A DNA stretch of 64,000 nt from Candidatus Aminicenantia bacterium (GTDB lineage: Bacteria > Acidobacteriota > Aminicenantia > Aminicenantales > Saccharicenantaceae): the NCBI GenBank assembly GCA_041479905.1, contig JBGOYY010000005.1, positions 7,665 through 71,664 on the forward strand, read 5' to 3'. The position numbers were made by a program, and so were the translations under genes. A model generated the notes under the pieces. The model saw nothing but the letters and a program-made list of their open reading frames with translations, did no database searches and was not told where the DNA came from. Shown here in pieces: positions 51,403 through 61,768 of this stretch; the stretch's first letter is position 1; the number at the start of each line of letters is the position of its first letter.

Positions 51403-52064
51403 AGCCTCACCGCCGATCCCAGCTTAGAGATGATCCTGATAAAATTATAGATGAAAAAGAAGGACAAGACAAAAAGGCCGATCCCCAGCCAATAATTGAC
51501 TTTCTCGATCGCCTTCAGGGGGATGAAGTGCTTGATGCGATACATCACCAACGAAAGCCCCGCCAGATACGCTCCAAGCCCCAGCGCGCCGCCCGCGATG
51601 AAGATCGCCTTGGCCTGGGCCGTGAACGGAGTGGCCAGGCCAAGGTGTTTGGCCAGCGTCACCCCGTAGAGCCAGATGAGGATCATGGGCGGGTTGGTGA
51701 CCGCCAGGGAGAATCCCGCAACGTAGGCCCAGCGCTTGCTTTTCAGCGAGTTCATGTCCAACCGCAGGTGGTGGGGCTTCTTGCTCTCGCGGAGCGCCAG
51801 GTAGGCCAGGAGCCAGAGGACAACGGCCCCGACGGCGCTGAAAACGGCCATGACCCAGGGAATATCCAGGAAGGGAGCGACCCCGAAGAGGGCGATGACG
51901 CCGTACATGATGTCCGAGGAAACGGAGCCGAGGACGACCATCCAGGCGGCCCGCAGATGCCCGTAAATGGCCCTTTTCGCCGCCTCGATCTGGGAGCCGC
52001 CGATGGGGATCGCCGCGACGAAACCCAAGCCGACGGCCAGCAGAAAAAGATAGAGATTTTTCAT
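51399..52064 (-). CDS. LysE/RhtB-type membrane translocator family protein
   Basis: 221 aa, six predicted TM segments. N-terminus LFLLAVGLGFVAAIPIGGSQIEAAKR is typical of LysE-type exporters. Confidence 0.5.
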   Translation of the reverse strand: MKNLYLFLLAVGLGFVAAIPIGGSQIEAAKRAIYGHLRAAWMVVLGSVSSDIMYGVIALFGVAPFLDIPWVMAVFSAVGAVVLWLLAYLALRESKKPHHLRLDMNSLKSKRWAYVAGFSLAVTNPPMILIWLYGVTLAKHLGLATPFTAQAKAIFIAGGALGLGAYLAGLSLVMYRIKHFIPLKAIEKVNYWLGIGLFVLSFFFIYNFIRIISKLGSAVRL

Positions 52065-53203
52065 CGGCGGGCCGCGCTCTTCAGATGATCCTCGATCAGT
52101 CCGGCCAAGGCCTCGATATCGATCTCGTCGAAGCAGCGGACGTCGCGGCAGGTCTTGAAGATCTTGTTCACGCAGGTGATATTCCGGCAGGGGCTCCCGG
52201 CCGTATAGGACCAGGACGGGGCCTCCTGATTCGCCGGCAGGTAACCCGGCCGGAAGGAATCGTATCCGGACATCCGCACGGGCGTGGCGCCGAAGATCGA
52301 CAGCACGGCTGTCCGGTTGCGGAAGTCGTGCCGTCCCGACCGGGAAGATTTCCGGGCGGCGGCCAGATGCATCGGGCCCGTATCCCCCGTCACGAAAACG
52401 TCGCAGAGGTCGATGAGCGCCGTATAGGCCTCGAGGCTCAGGTTGGCCGGGACAAGGATCGTCTTCGATCGAAGGGTGGATGGCAGGGTCGCGACGATGC
52501 GCTCCCCTATGCCGGCTTCCGTGTGCCCGGCGCCTACGAGGATCGCGGCGTCCAGCCGCGCGATGGCCGCCAGCAGCCGGGCCAGTTTCTTCTCGGGAAG
52601 GCGCGTGAACGGGGAGGACGCATCCGGGTTGATCATGATGATCGGTATCCCCGCCGGCAGGCCGGCCTCCGCGACGAACCGCTGGGCCTCCTCCACGGCC
52701 GCATCCCCGATATTCACACGCAAACCTGGGAAGCCTTCCGGGCGGCGAGGGGCGGCCACGAGGGACAGCAGGGCGAAGGTGAACTTGTATGTCTGGACGG
52801 CGAAATGATTGATCAGGGCGGGCCGCCGCTCGTTCCTGACAATGGCCGGCGCGTGCGACATGAAATTGATCAGCCCGGTCCCGGGGAAACCGATGTCCTT
52901 GTCATTGATATGAGGGCCGAAATTGAGGACCAGGTCGTACCGTTCGTCCCGGATCAAATCCCGCAGGGCGGAGACGTCGGCGGCGGAGGGAAAGGACCCT
53001 TTGCCGAAGAACGGAAGCACCCGTGTCGCTTCGGCGTTGCCTTCGATCAAGGGGAAAGCAGTCGGATGGACGATGTAGTCCAAGCGGGCGTCCGGGAAGA
53101 AGTCGCGCACGGCGGCGAGTGCCGCTTGGGAAATGACCGCATCGCCGATATGGATGGCGGGGACGACGAGGAAGCTGCGGCAGGACCTCAGGCCCCGCAA
53201 CAC
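52061..53203 (-). CDS. glycosyltransferase family 9 (ADP-heptose:LPS heptosyltransferase)
   Basis: GT9 N-terminus ..FLVVPAIHIGDAVISQAALAAVRDFFPDARLDYIV and C-terminal ..FVTGDTGPMHLAAA. The start is uncertain. The ORF track's 53527 start adds ~100 Arg-rich residues; GTG at 53201-53203 is proposed instead. Confidence 0.6.
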   Translation of the reverse strand: MLRGLRSCRSFLVVPAIHIGDAVISQAALAAVRDFFPDARLDYIVHPTAFPLIEGNAEATRVLPFFGKGSFPSAADVSALRDLIRDERYDLVLNFGPHINDKDIGFPGTGLINFMSHAPAIVRNERRPALINHFAVQTYKFTFALLSLVAAPRRPEGFPGLRVNIGDAAVEEAQRFVAEAGLPAGIPIIMINPDASSPFTRLPEKKLARLLAAIARLDAAILVGAGHTEAGIGERIVATLPSTLRSKTILVPANLSLEAYTALIDLCDVFVTGDTGPMHLAAARKSSRSGRHDFRNRTAVLSIFGATPVRMSGYDSFRPGYLPANQEAPSWSYTAGSPCRNITCVNKIFKTCRDVRCFDEIDIEALAGLIEDHLKSAARR

Positions 53204-53544
53204 ACGCCGGTTGCGACGGGCGAGAAGCGCCGACAGCAACCGACTGCCGGCCAGGGGCCGGAGAGTCCGATCGAGGAAGCGCGAGCCGGCTCGTGGAAAA
53301 CGTCCGGTGAGCCGGCTCGCCGCCTCGAACACAGCCCTCTGGGTTCTGTTATAGAGTCTCCGCGCTCCCGGCCAGTCCGAATAACCCGGAAGCTCGCGGA
53401 CGCCAAGTCCAGAGGACGGGGCCGACCGGCCAGGCCGGGCCGACGCAGACCGCTCCGTTTCCCTGATGTGCCTCAAACTCCGTCTCGTTCCGATTCTATG
53501 GAATCCGTGGCCCGTGTCAAGAAACAATCGGCGGCGGGACGCGC

Positions 53545-54165
53545 CTATTTTTCTATTTCGGTCTTGATGACAAGCCCGGTCTTGGCGTCGACGTGGACTT
53601 CCTTGAGCTCGGTCGCGGACGGGGACGGCAGGATATCGAAGCTGAAAATGAGCAGTCCGGCCTCGTTCTCGAGCTCGGCCGCGAGGGCCGTTCCGGGGGC
53701 GGCCTTGAGGGCCGTCTGCAGGGCCGCGGCCATCGTCACCTTGGCCGTCTTGGCCAGGGACTGCATGTCCGCGATGGACGGTTCCTCGGCGCCTTCGGCC
53801 GCCTCGGCTTTCTGTCCCTCCACCTCTTCCTTTTCGGTCTCTTCCACGGCCTTGACGACGGCGCCCGTCTTGGCGTCGACGTGGATCTCCGTGATCTCTT
53901 CGCTCGTGAACTTGGGCAGGATATCGAACGTGAAGATGAGCGTGTTCTTTTCCTGCTCGAGCTCGCCTGCGAGAGCGGTGCCGGGAGCGGCCTTGAGGGC
54001 CTTATCCAGCGCGGCGGCCAGCGTGACCTTGGCCGCGCCGGCCAGGGCCTTAGCATCGACGACGGCATTTCCTTCCTTCTTCTCCTGCCCCTGGGCGGTT
54101 CCGATCACCGGAACGAGCAGAGCCAGGACAAGGACGCCACCAAGAATCTTAGCGAAATTCTTCAT
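53545..54165 (-). CDS. secreted protein with two tandem PepSY domains
   Basis: Signal peptide, then an internal duplication: AKVTLAAALDKALKAAPGTALAGELEQEKNTLIFTFDILPKFTSEEITEIHVDAKTGAVVK and AKVTMAAALQTALKAAPGTALAAELENEAGLLIFSFDILPSPSATELKEVHVDAKTGLVIK. Confidence 0.65.
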   Translation of the reverse strand: MKNFAKILGGVLVLALLVPVIGTAQGQEKKEGNAVVDAKALAGAAKVTLAAALDKALKAAPGTALAGELEQEKNTLIFTFDILPKFTSEEITEIHVDAKTGAVVKAVEETEKEEVEGQKAEAAEGAEEPSIADMQSLAKTAKVTMAAALQTALKAAPGTALAAELENEAGLLIFSFDILPSPSATELKEVHVDAKTGLVIKTEIEK

Positions 54166-54243
54166 TTGACGACTCCTTTCTTGCGGATTTCATTTCTTCC
54201 TCTGCCATAGCATCTATCCCTCATCGGGCCTTGCCGGGCCGCG

Positions 54244-56421
54244 TTATTTTGTGCCGAAATACCAGACGAACTTGACCATGGCCACGGTCTTGTTGATCCG
54301 CAACCGCCGGGGGTCCAGGGTGTCGCCGAATTGATTGAGGACGAAATAGAGGATGGCCCCGGGCTTGGGGATCCAGGTGACGCGGAAGTTGAAGAGGAGT
54401 TCGTTCGCGTCGTTGTTCCATTGGGCCAAGACGGCGCCGAAAAGCTTCGGCGTCAAGGAAAAATTCATCCGGCCCACGATTTCGTCGATGACGAACCCGC
54501 TCGGCGGGAGACTGATGTTGTTGCGTTGATAGGACAGCCCCAATCCATAAAATTTGGTCGGCTTCCAGGCCAGGTCAGCGCTCCACTCCGTGCTCGACCC
54601 GTCGTAGAATTTTCCCCAATTGACGCCGGCGCCGAAGACGAGCGGGCGCCCGTCGAACGTATCGAACTGGATCTCTCCGCGGTTGGTCCAGTAGCGCCCG
54701 GCGGGAATGACGGTCCCCGGCCGGATCTCGAAATCCTCGGTCAGGTTTTCGGCGTTGCGCTGGACGTTGATCTCCAGCATCTCGCCGCTCTTAAAAAACA
54801 CGGCCAGCGGCCGGAACTCCATGTAGACGGACTGCATCTGGTGCGTCCGGTCGTCGATATAATAATTGATATCGAGCGGTTTGAATTGGAGCTTCTGGAT
54901 CCAAGGCAAAAAGCCCGGCCGGGGGTTGATCCGCCATTTCGCGGTATAGAGCTGGTAGCTCGTCCGGCTCAGGAACCCAACCTCGGGGTTAAAATCCTGA
55001 CCGACCCTTTCCCAAGAGGAACTGATCTCCATCAGATCGTTGGGAAAGTTGAAAAACAGGCGGTGGGCGCTTCCGGACTTTGTCTCCCGGTCGGAGGTGT
55101 AGGTCGCGGCGTAGGCCCCGCCGATCTGGAAGTTTTTGTTCCCGAAGAGCTTGGACGTGGAATAGAGCGCATCCACGCCGCCCGTTCCGTTGAAACGCCC
55201 GTTCTGGACCGACCCGACGGCCAGGAAGCCGACCGAGGATTGCTCCAGGATGTCCTGCTTCCATCGGACCAGGGAGAAATTCGTTGCGGCCGAGACGTCC
55301 GTTCTTTGGGTTTGAAGGACCATGACGCCGAGCGTCGACCGGCCCATTTTCCCCAGAAAACGAGCGCCGCCGAGAATGGGCGTAAGCTGGTCCTCAAAGA
55401 TGCCGATCCGACGGCTGTAGAAGGCCCGGGCCCCGCCGAGGGGAAAGTCAAAGAAGTTCTGGGCCTCGAGGAAGAATTGCCGCTTTTCCGGGAGACGGAC
55501 GGAGAACCGGGTCAAGTTGACGATCAGGTTGTCCGATTCGACTTGGGCGAAGTCAGGATTGACGGTGAAGTCCATCTTGACCGTCGGGTTGACGAGGTAG
55601 CTCCAATCCAACCCCAGGTCGCCCACCGTCTTTCCGGGCGTGCCTCTCTCCTTTTCCGCCCCGGCCAGGGCGTAGGGCCTGAACTCGAAGACTTTCATCC
55701 GGGTCAGGTCTTTGAGCCCGGCGAGAGATCCTGCCCGGTTGACCTGGACGATCGAGGCGTCGCGGGACCATCCCTGCCAGAGGACCTGTTCGCGCTTGCG
55801 CCGGATGTTGCGCTCGAAGTTGATCCCCCAAGTCTGCCCCTCCGCCGCGCTGAACTTGAGCGTCGAAAAAGGGATCTTGATCTCGGCGAACCAGCCCTCG
55901 CTCGTCCGCTTGGCGGCAACATACCACACCCCGTTCCAGTCGACGTTGGTCCTTCGGCTGTTATCGACGACGAGGGCGTCGTACTGGGCGCCGTTGGGGT
56001 TCGTAACGAAGAGATAGGCATTCCGTTTATCCGCATAGGTGTCGAGGACGAAGAGGAAATTATCCTCCACTCCGTACTCGAAGTCCCACTTCATCTTTTG
56101 GGCGACGATCTTGTCCGGCTCGTCATCGAAGCACCAGACGCCGATGTAGAGCTCCGTCCGGTTGTAGAGCACCGCGACTTCGGTCTTCTCCGTGGCCGGC
56201 GCGTTCTCGACGAGCTCGCGCTGGGTGAAATTCGAGATATGCGGAGCCTTGGCCCAGGCTTCTTCATCGAGGATCCCGTCCAGCTTGACGGGAGAATCGA
56301 CGCGCATGGCTTGGAGTTTGTCGGGGGCGCTGGTCTGGGCGCCAGCCGGGGCGGCCACGGAGGCGAACAGGAGCGCCGCCAGGGCAACGGCCGGCGTGCG
56401 GATAGCGTTCCGAAATGTCAT
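54244..56421 (-). CDS. DUF5916-family protein (CBM9-like N-domain plus putative beta-barrel), paralog 2
   Basis: GAGGAG RBS before ATG 56419-56421 (MTFRNAIRTPAVALAALLFASVAAPAGA). Shares N-terminal blocks with 39095-41305 (KLDGILDEEAWAKAP; ELYIGVWCFDDEPDKI; KRNAYLFVTNPNGAQ). The ORF track's 60-aa upstream extension is discarded. Confidence 0.5.
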   Translation of the reverse strand: MTFRNAIRTPAVALAALLFASVAAPAGAQTSAPDKLQAMRVDSPVKLDGILDEEAWAKAPHISNFTQRELVENAPATEKTEVAVLYNRTELYIGVWCFDDEPDKIVAQKMKWDFEYGVEDNFLFVLDTYADKRNAYLFVTNPNGAQYDALVVDNSRRTNVDWNGVWYVAAKRTSEGWFAEIKIPFSTLKFSAAEGQTWGINFERNIRRKREQVLWQGWSRDASIVQVNRAGSLAGLKDLTRMKVFEFRPYALAGAEKERGTPGKTVGDLGLDWSYLVNPTVKMDFTVNPDFAQVESDNLIVNLTRFSVRLPEKRQFFLEAQNFFDFPLGGARAFYSRRIGIFEDQLTPILGGARFLGKMGRSTLGVMVLQTQRTDVSAATNFSLVRWKQDILEQSSVGFLAVGSVQNGRFNGTGGVDALYSTSKLFGNKNFQIGGAYAATYTSDRETKSGSAHRLFFNFPNDLMEISSSWERVGQDFNPEVGFLSRTSYQLYTAKWRINPRPGFLPWIQKLQFKPLDINYYIDDRTHQMQSVYMEFRPLAVFFKSGEMLEINVQRNAENLTEDFEIRPGTVIPAGRYWTNRGEIQFDTFDGRPLVFGAGVNWGKFYDGSSTEWSADLAWKPTKFYGLGLSYQRNNISLPPSGFVIDEIVGRMNFSLTPKLFGAVLAQWNNDANELLFNFRVTWIPKPGAILYFVLNQFGDTLDPRRLRINKTVAMVKFVWYFGTK

Positions 56422-56486
56422 GCAGATCTCCTCATGGTCAGCATAGCTCTGCGCACATGAACGGATGATGAACGGGGGGCGGGGGT

Positions 56487-57896
56487 TCAGGCTTCCGGGA
56501 GAATGATGGAGAAAACGCTCCCCGACGGGCCGCTCGAGGCCAAGATCCGCCCGCCGTGGGCTTCGACGATCTTCCGGGCGATGGATAAGCCCAGCCCGCA
56601 TCCTCCCGTCTCCTCGGAACGCGAAGGGTCGACGCGGTGGAATCGGTCAAAGACCAGGGGAAGCTGGTCCGCCGGGATGCCCATCCCCGAATCCCTGACC
56701 TCGACGACGAGCCCTTCGGAGGACCTTCGGGCCCCGACCGTGACGCTCCCATCCGGACGGTTGTAGCGGACGGCGTTGTCGACGAGATTTGCCAGAACGA
56801 TTTTCATCTGGTCGGGGTCGATCTCGGCCCGCAGCGCGGCATCGACGTCCTGGCTCAGCCGGAGATTCCGTCTCTGAGCCTCTGGCCCGGCCGCGGCCAG
56901 GACCTCGCCGACGAGGGCCGCGAGCGACGTAGACTGTCTTCGCGGACTCGCCTTCCCCGCGTCCATGCGGGCGAGAAGGAGCAGCCGCTCGATCATGGAC
57001 TGCATGGAGCGGCCGATTTCCAGGTTGTCCTCGTGGGCCTCTCGGAGCTCTTTTGCGGAGCGTTCTTTCCGGAGCAGGACCTCGATGGTGCTGAGGATCC
57101 CGGCCACCGGGGTCCGCAGCTCATGGGAAACGTCGGCCGTGAACTGCCGCTCCCTCCGAAAGGCCTCTTCGAGCCGGTCCAGGGCCGCGTTCAGCTGGCC
57201 GATGAGCGGATGGAGCTCCTTGTCGAACGGACGGGGGTCGAGCCGCTCGTCGAGCCGGGTTTCGGAAACGTTGGCCAGCGCCTCATTGATGCGCCGGATC
57301 GGCCGGAGGGCCCGTCCGGCCAGGAGGAAACTGCCGCCGCCGGCGATGAGGAAGGCGGCCAGGGCCAGGACGGCCAGCTGGGAGACGAACTCCCTGAGCT
57401 CGTGGCTGATCGGCCCGAGCGGTGTCGCGCACTGGATCGTGACCGCGGCGGCCGGCGTCAGGCCCGGCTCGTTCTCTTCGGCACGGTCCTTTTCGCCGGA
57501 AATGCGTGTGGAAAATGTCACGACACGCCAGCGGCCGTCCTTTCCCGTTCCCGTCGTCGCTAAAAGGGAACGTCCTTCCACCGGCCGCTCTGCGGGCCAA
57601 GCCGGGGAAGATCCTGCGGCCGACCTCGCGATCTCACCGCCCTGCTCGTCGACGATCCGGTAGGCCGGGGGCAGCTCGCCGCGGATGTCATAATCCTCGG
57701 CGGGCGCGAAGATGAGCCGTCCAGAATCCCATTCGACATGACTGGCCAGCGCCTTCACGCCCGCCGCGAGCCGGCCGTCCATGACGGACAGGAGGGCGCG
57801 GCTCTTGGCGAAATAGACGAACAGGCCGAAGCTGAGGATGACCGTCCCGAGGACGAGGAGCGAGCCCAGGATCAACTTCAGCCGGAGTGAACGCAT
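56487..57896 (-). CDS. sensor histidine kinase (2 TM, HAMP, HisKA, HATPase_c)
   Basis: H-box FTADVSHELRTPVAGI. N/G boxes ..LVDNAVRYNRPDG..; GGCGLGLSIARKIVEAHGG. N-terminal TM and periplasmic loop. Confidence 0.85.
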   Translation of the reverse strand: MRSLRLKLILGSLLVLGTVILSFGLFVYFAKSRALLSVMDGRLAAGVKALASHVEWDSGRLIFAPAEDYDIRGELPPAYRIVDEQGGEIARSAAGSSPAWPAERPVEGRSLLATTGTGKDGRWRVVTFSTRISGEKDRAEENEPGLTPAAAVTIQCATPLGPISHELREFVSQLAVLALAAFLIAGGGSFLLAGRALRPIRRINEALANVSETRLDERLDPRPFDKELHPLIGQLNAALDRLEEAFRRERQFTADVSHELRTPVAGILSTIEVLLRKERSAKELREAHEDNLEIGRSMQSMIERLLLLARMDAGKASPRRQSTSLAALVGEVLAAAGPEAQRRNLRLSQDVDAALRAEIDPDQMKIVLANLVDNAVRYNRPDGSVTVGARRSSEGLVVEVRDSGMGIPADQLPLVFDRFHRVDPSRSEETGGCGLGLSIARKIVEAHGGRILASSGPSGSVFSIILPEA

Positions 57897-57897
57897 G

Positions 57898-58569
57898 TCA
57901 ACTACCCTTCAACTGGTAGCCGGCGCCGCGCACCGTGTGGATCAGGGGCGGCAGGCCCGGCCGGTCGATCTTCTTGCGCAGCCGGCTGATGAAGACGTCT
58001 ATGGTGTTGCTGATCGATTCGTCCTGCCAGTCATAGAGGTGTTCCCAGATCAGCGACCGCGGGACAACCTCTCCGGCGTGATGGGCGAGGAATTCGAGCA
58101 GGGCATATTCCTTAGGCCGCAGGAGAATGTCCTTTCCGCGGCGCCGGACGCTGCGGGCGACCGTGTCGATCTCCAGATCGGCGACGACGAGACGCGGGTC
58201 CTTTTTCTGGTACTTCCGGCGGAGCAGGGCCCGGACCCGGGCCAGGAGCTCCTCGAAACGGAAGGGCTTGGTCATGTAATCGTCGGCGCCCGTGTTCAAA
58301 CCCCGGACCGTTTCGCCGACGGCGTCGAGTGCCGTCAGGACGAGGACGTGGGTTTGAATGTCGGCGCGCCGCAGGGCCTGAAGGAGCTTCAGGCCGTCGA
58401 GCTTCGGCAGCAACAGGTCCAGGATGACGACGTCGTATTCGTTGTGCTCGGCCAGGAACAGGCCCTCTTCCCCGTCGGCGGCGGCGTCCACCGTGAAGCC
58501 CTCTTCCTGGAGTCCCTTCCTGAGGCTCTTGAGGAGAGCCCGGTTGTCTTCGACGATCAGGAGGCGCAT
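57898..58569 (-). CDS. OmpR-family response regulator (REC plus winged-helix)
   Basis: MRLLIVEDN..DVVILDLLLPKLDG receiver domain with the phospho-Asp context. C-terminal ..TVRGAGYQL winged helix. Confidence 0.9.
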   Translation of the reverse strand: MRLLIVEDNRALLKSLRKGLQEEGFTVDAAADGEEGLFLAEHNEYDVVILDLLLPKLDGLKLLQALRRADIQTHVLVLTALDAVGETVRGLNTGADDYMTKPFRFEELLARVRALLRRKYQKKDPRLVVADLEIDTVARSVRRRGKDILLRPKEYALLEFLAHHAGEVVPRSLIWEHLYDWQDESISNTIDVFISRLRKKIDRPGLPPLIHTVRGAGYQLKGS

Positions 58570-58668
58570 GGCTTCGGTCCCGGACTATTATGCCATAAAC
58601 GAAGATGAACGGGCGATGAACGGAATAGGCCCGGCCGCTTGCGCCCGAGGGGCGGTATCTGATAAAAA

Positions 58669-59487
58669 ATGCTTGTGGCGCCCATGAACCCGGAGAAACC
58701 AGGACTTCTGGCCGAAGAAAAGGCGAAGTCCGAGCGGCTCCTGCATCGGATCGAGGCGGACCTCAAGGAAGCGGCCCGCATCCAGAAAGACCTCCTGCCC
58801 AAGGAGAACCCGCGGCTCGAGGGCTTTGATATCGGCGGATTGAACATTCCCTGCTACGAGGTCGGCGGCGACTACTACGATTTCGTCCCCGTCGACGCGG
58901 ACCGGCTCGGGGTCGTCATCGCCGACGTCTCGGGCAAGGGCATCGGCGCTTCGCTCCTCATGGCTTCGCTCCGCGCGGCGCTCCTGACCGAGATCGGCCC
59001 CCGCTATGAGCTCGACCGGCTGGCCGCCCGCCTGAGCGACTTTGTCTATAAGAGCTCCGGCCCCAGCAGCTTCATCACCTTCTTTTTCGGCGAGCTCGAC
59101 CGCCGGTCGGGTAAGATGCGCTATGTCAATGCCGGGCACAACCCGCCTTTCGTGCTGGGGGAAGCCGGCCGGGTCGCGGCTCTCGAGAGTTCGGGATTCC
59201 CTCTGGGCATGTTCCCGGGAGCTGTCTATGAGGTCGGGACGGTCACGCTCGGGCCAGATGACCTGGCCGTCCTCTTCACCGACGGGATCCCCGAGGGACG
59301 GAACGCCCAAAGCGAGGAATACGCCGGGGATAGACTCGAGAATCTCGTCCGGCGATTCCGCGCGTTACCGGCCGCGGACATCTGCCGCAAGGTCATCGAG
59401 GACGTTCACGACTTCTCCTGTGAAACCGAGCCGTGCGACGACATGACGCTCGTCGTCGTCAAGAGGGTTGGCGCCGGACTTCCTTGA
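58669..59487 (+). CDS. PP2C-family serine phosphatase (SpoIIE/RsbU-like), stand-alone domain
   Basis: [25 protein letters not shown]..; DGIPEG; DDMTLVVVK are the metal-binding Asp motifs of the SpoIIE/PP2C fold. Confidence 0.75.
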   Translation: MLVAPMNPEKPGLLAEEKAKSERLLHRIEADLKEAARIQKDLLPKENPRLEGFDIGGLNIPCYEVGGDYYDFVPVDADRLGVVIADVSGKGIGASLLMASLRAALLTEIGPRYELDRLAARLSDFVYKSSGPSSFITFFFGELDRRSGKMRYVNAGHNPPFVLGEAGRVAALESSGFPLGMFPGAVYEVGTVTLGPDDLAVLFTDGIPEGRNAQSEEYAGDRLENLVRRFRALPAADICRKVIEDVHDFSCETEPCDDMTLVVVKRVGAGLP

Positions 59488-61768
59488 TTTCCGCAGCCTG
59501 ACCCTTATTCCACTCGGGCGGGTTCACACCGAGCAGGTTTCGGACGAAGAAATCGAACATCTTCCGCTCGCCGTAGGCGCCGCCCATGCCGTGCCCGGCT
59601 CCGGGGATGACCAAGAGGTCGAACACTTTGTTCGCCTTGATCAAAGCGTTGACGACCTGCATGGTCGAGGCCGGGTCGACGTTGGTGTCCATCTCGCCGA
59701 CGATGAGCAGGAGCTGTCCCTGGAGCCGCCCGGCGTTGTCGACGTTCGACGAAGCGGCGTATTCGGGGCCGAGAGGCCAGCCCATCCACTGCTCGTTCCA
59801 CCACATCTTGTCCATGCGGTTGTCATGACAGCCGCAGGAGGCGACGCCGGCCTTGTAGAAGTCGGGCTGGAACAGGAGCCCGCCGAGGGCGTTCTGACCG
59901 CCGGCCGAATTCCCGTAGAGGCCGACCCGAGTGAGGTCGTAGGACGGATACTTCGCGGCCGCGGCCTTGTGCCAGAGGACCCGGTCCGGGAACCCGGCGT
60001 CGCCCAGGTTCTTCCAGCAGACGTCGTGGAAGGCCTTGGAGCGGTTGCTCGTCCCCAGGCCGTCGCACTGGCTGACGATGAAGCCCAGTTCGGCCAGAGC
60101 CCGCATGGAGCTGTAAGCCTGGAAGGATTTGGGGACGAACGAGCCCTGCGGCCCGGCGTAGATGTACTCGATGACGGGGTATTTTTTCTTGGGATCGAAG
60201 TTCGACGGCCGGACGATGATGCCCCAGATATCGGTTTTCCCGTCCCGGGCCTTGGCCACGAAGACCTCGGGCGCCCGCCAGCCGGCCTTGAGGAGACCGC
60301 CGATATCGCCCTTTTCCACGGTCATGACGGCCGTCCGGTCCGCGATCCGCCGGATCTCGGTCGTCGGGGGTAAGTCGCCGCGCGACCAGGTATCGACGAG
60401 ATAGGCCATGTCGGGCGAGATGGTGACGAAGTGGTTGCCCTCCCCTTCCGTCAACCGGATAAGGCCCGTCCCGTCGAGGTTGATCCTGAACGCGTCCGTG
60501 AAGTACGGGTCTTCGCCGGGGATGGTGCCGCTCGCCTGGAAATAGACCTGGCGCTTGTCCTCGTCGACCTTGTCGACGGAGCGGACGACCCACTCCCCTT
60601 TCGTGATCTGGTTTTTTAAAGCGCCGGTGGTCCCATCGTAGAGATAGAGGTGGTTCCAGCCGTCGCGTTCCGACATCCAAACGACCTCCCGGCCGTCCCC
60701 GATGTCGTAGCGGTACTTCTTCCCGCTGTAGCAGAAGAACGTCTTCGTCTCTTCGTCGACGACGGCCCGGGCCGTGCCGGTCGTCCCGTCGACCTCGACG
60801 ACCCGGTAGACCTGGTGGCCGCGCCGGTTATATTCGAAGGTGAAGGCCCGGCTGTCCTTGCGCCAGGCCAAGTCCGTCAGTTCGTAGGGATTGGAGAAGA
60901 GCGCGTCGTCCACCTCGATGCGCGCCTTGCCCTCCACGAGAAGCAGGACCGGCCGCTCGATGTCCAGGGCGTCGCCCGGCTTGGCGTACTCCATCGTGTG
61001 ATACTTCGGCTGGAGCTGGTCGGCCGGCGAGGACTCGACGTACGGAATGACGCGGTGATAGCCCCGGCGCAGTCGCATAACGACGATCTTCTTCGAGTCG
61101 GGCGACCAGGCCAGGGATTCAAAGGTGTAGTAATCGCCCTCCGAGCCGTCGCGGCTGAGAATCGTCTCCTCCTTCTTTTCCTTGTCCTTGAGACAGACGT
61201 TGTAGTTCCGGATGAAGGCTTCCCACTTCCCGTCCGGAGAGGCTTTCGTTTCTTTCGAAGCGGCCTCGGGGGCCGGCCCCCTTTCCCACATGGTCATTCC
61301 ACCGCCCCGGCCGCCTCTCGGCTCGACCGGTCCGAGCTTCTTGCAGGCGTACGTCGCGAGGTCACAGGAATAGCGGAAACCCGCCGCGGAGAATTCGACG
61401 GACTTCTCGTCCTCGGCGAAGGTGATCGTCTGGAATGGGAGGCTGAGAGCTTCCACTTTCTCGCCCGAGGCCGCGGCTAGGGCTGCGGCCAGCTTGGCGT
61501 GGTCGAAGGCAATTTTTTTGTCGCGGCTGACCGCGTCGGCGACCCAGAATTCGTTGCCGCCGGCGACCGATTTTCGGTACCAGTAGCGGGAGGTCTTGCC
61601 GATCCACCCTCCCCGGTCGACGATGTTGAGGGCCAGGGGCTGGAGCTTAGCCCTGAGGCTTGTTGCCCTCTCGTAATCGGCCCGGGTGACTTGCGCGGAA
61701 ACCAAAGCAGGGATCAGCACAACAATCAACAAAAACGCACCGATGACCATCCGACGGGTGTGTTTCAT
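59459..61768 (-). CDS. S9-family serine peptidase (dipeptidyl-peptidase IV-like, beta-propeller plus alpha/beta hydrolase), secreted
   Basis: GAGGAGG RBS before ATG 61766-61768 ([12 protein letters not shown]..). Nucleophile elbow [12 protein letters not shown]. Catalytic His context PGAGHGMGG. Confidence 0.8.
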   Translation of the reverse strand: MKHTRRMVIGAFLLIVVLIPALVSAQVTRADYERATSLRAKLQPLALNIVDRGGWIGKTSRYWYRKSVAGGNEFWVADAVSRDKKIAFDHAKLAAALAAASGEKVEALSLPFQTITFAEDEKSVEFSAAGFRYSCDLATYACKKLGPVEPRGGRGGGMTMWERGPAPEAASKETKASPDGKWEAFIRNYNVCLKDKEKKEETILSRDGSEGDYYTFESLAWSPDSKKIVVMRLRRGYHRVIPYVESSPADQLQPKYHTMEYAKPGDALDIERPVLLLVEGKARIEVDDALFSNPYELTDLAWRKDSRAFTFEYNRRGHQVYRVVEVDGTTGTARAVVDEETKTFFCYSGKKYRYDIGDGREVVWMSERDGWNHLYLYDGTTGALKNQITKGEWVVRSVDKVDEDKRQVYFQASGTIPGEDPYFTDAFRINLDGTGLIRLTEGEGNHFVTISPDMAYLVDTWSRGDLPPTTEIRRIADRTAVMTVEKGDIGGLLKAGWRAPEVFVAKARDGKTDIWGIIVRPSNFDPKKKYPVIEYIYAGPQGSFVPKSFQAYSSMRALAELGFIVSQCDGLGTSNRSKAFHDVCWKNLGDAGFPDRVLWHKAAAAKYPSYDLTRVGLYGNSAGGQNALGGLLFQPDFYKAGVASCGCHDNRMDKMWWNEQWMGWPLGPEYAASSNVDNAGRLQGQLLLIVGEMDTNVDPASTMQVVNALIKANKVFDLLVIPGAGHGMGGAYGERKMFDFFVRNLLGVNPPEWNKGQAAEIKEVRRQPS

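Noticed and set aside
52061-53527. Full 488-aa ORF as the heptosyltransferase
   Set aside because: The first ~108 residues are Arg/Ser/Leu-rich with no GT9 similarity. The GT9 fold begins at ..FLVVPAIHIGDAV. A GTG at 53201-53203 is proposed as the start, but this is uncertain because it has no strong RBS.
54331-56460. 709-aa plus-strand ORF antisense to DUF5916 paralog 2. Similar cases are 7105-8508, 9155-10438, 10230-11636 and 11281-12333, opposite the ABC operon
   Set aside because: Antisense artefacts. The minus-strand operon genes have Walker/ABC signatures, coiled coils and signal anchors.
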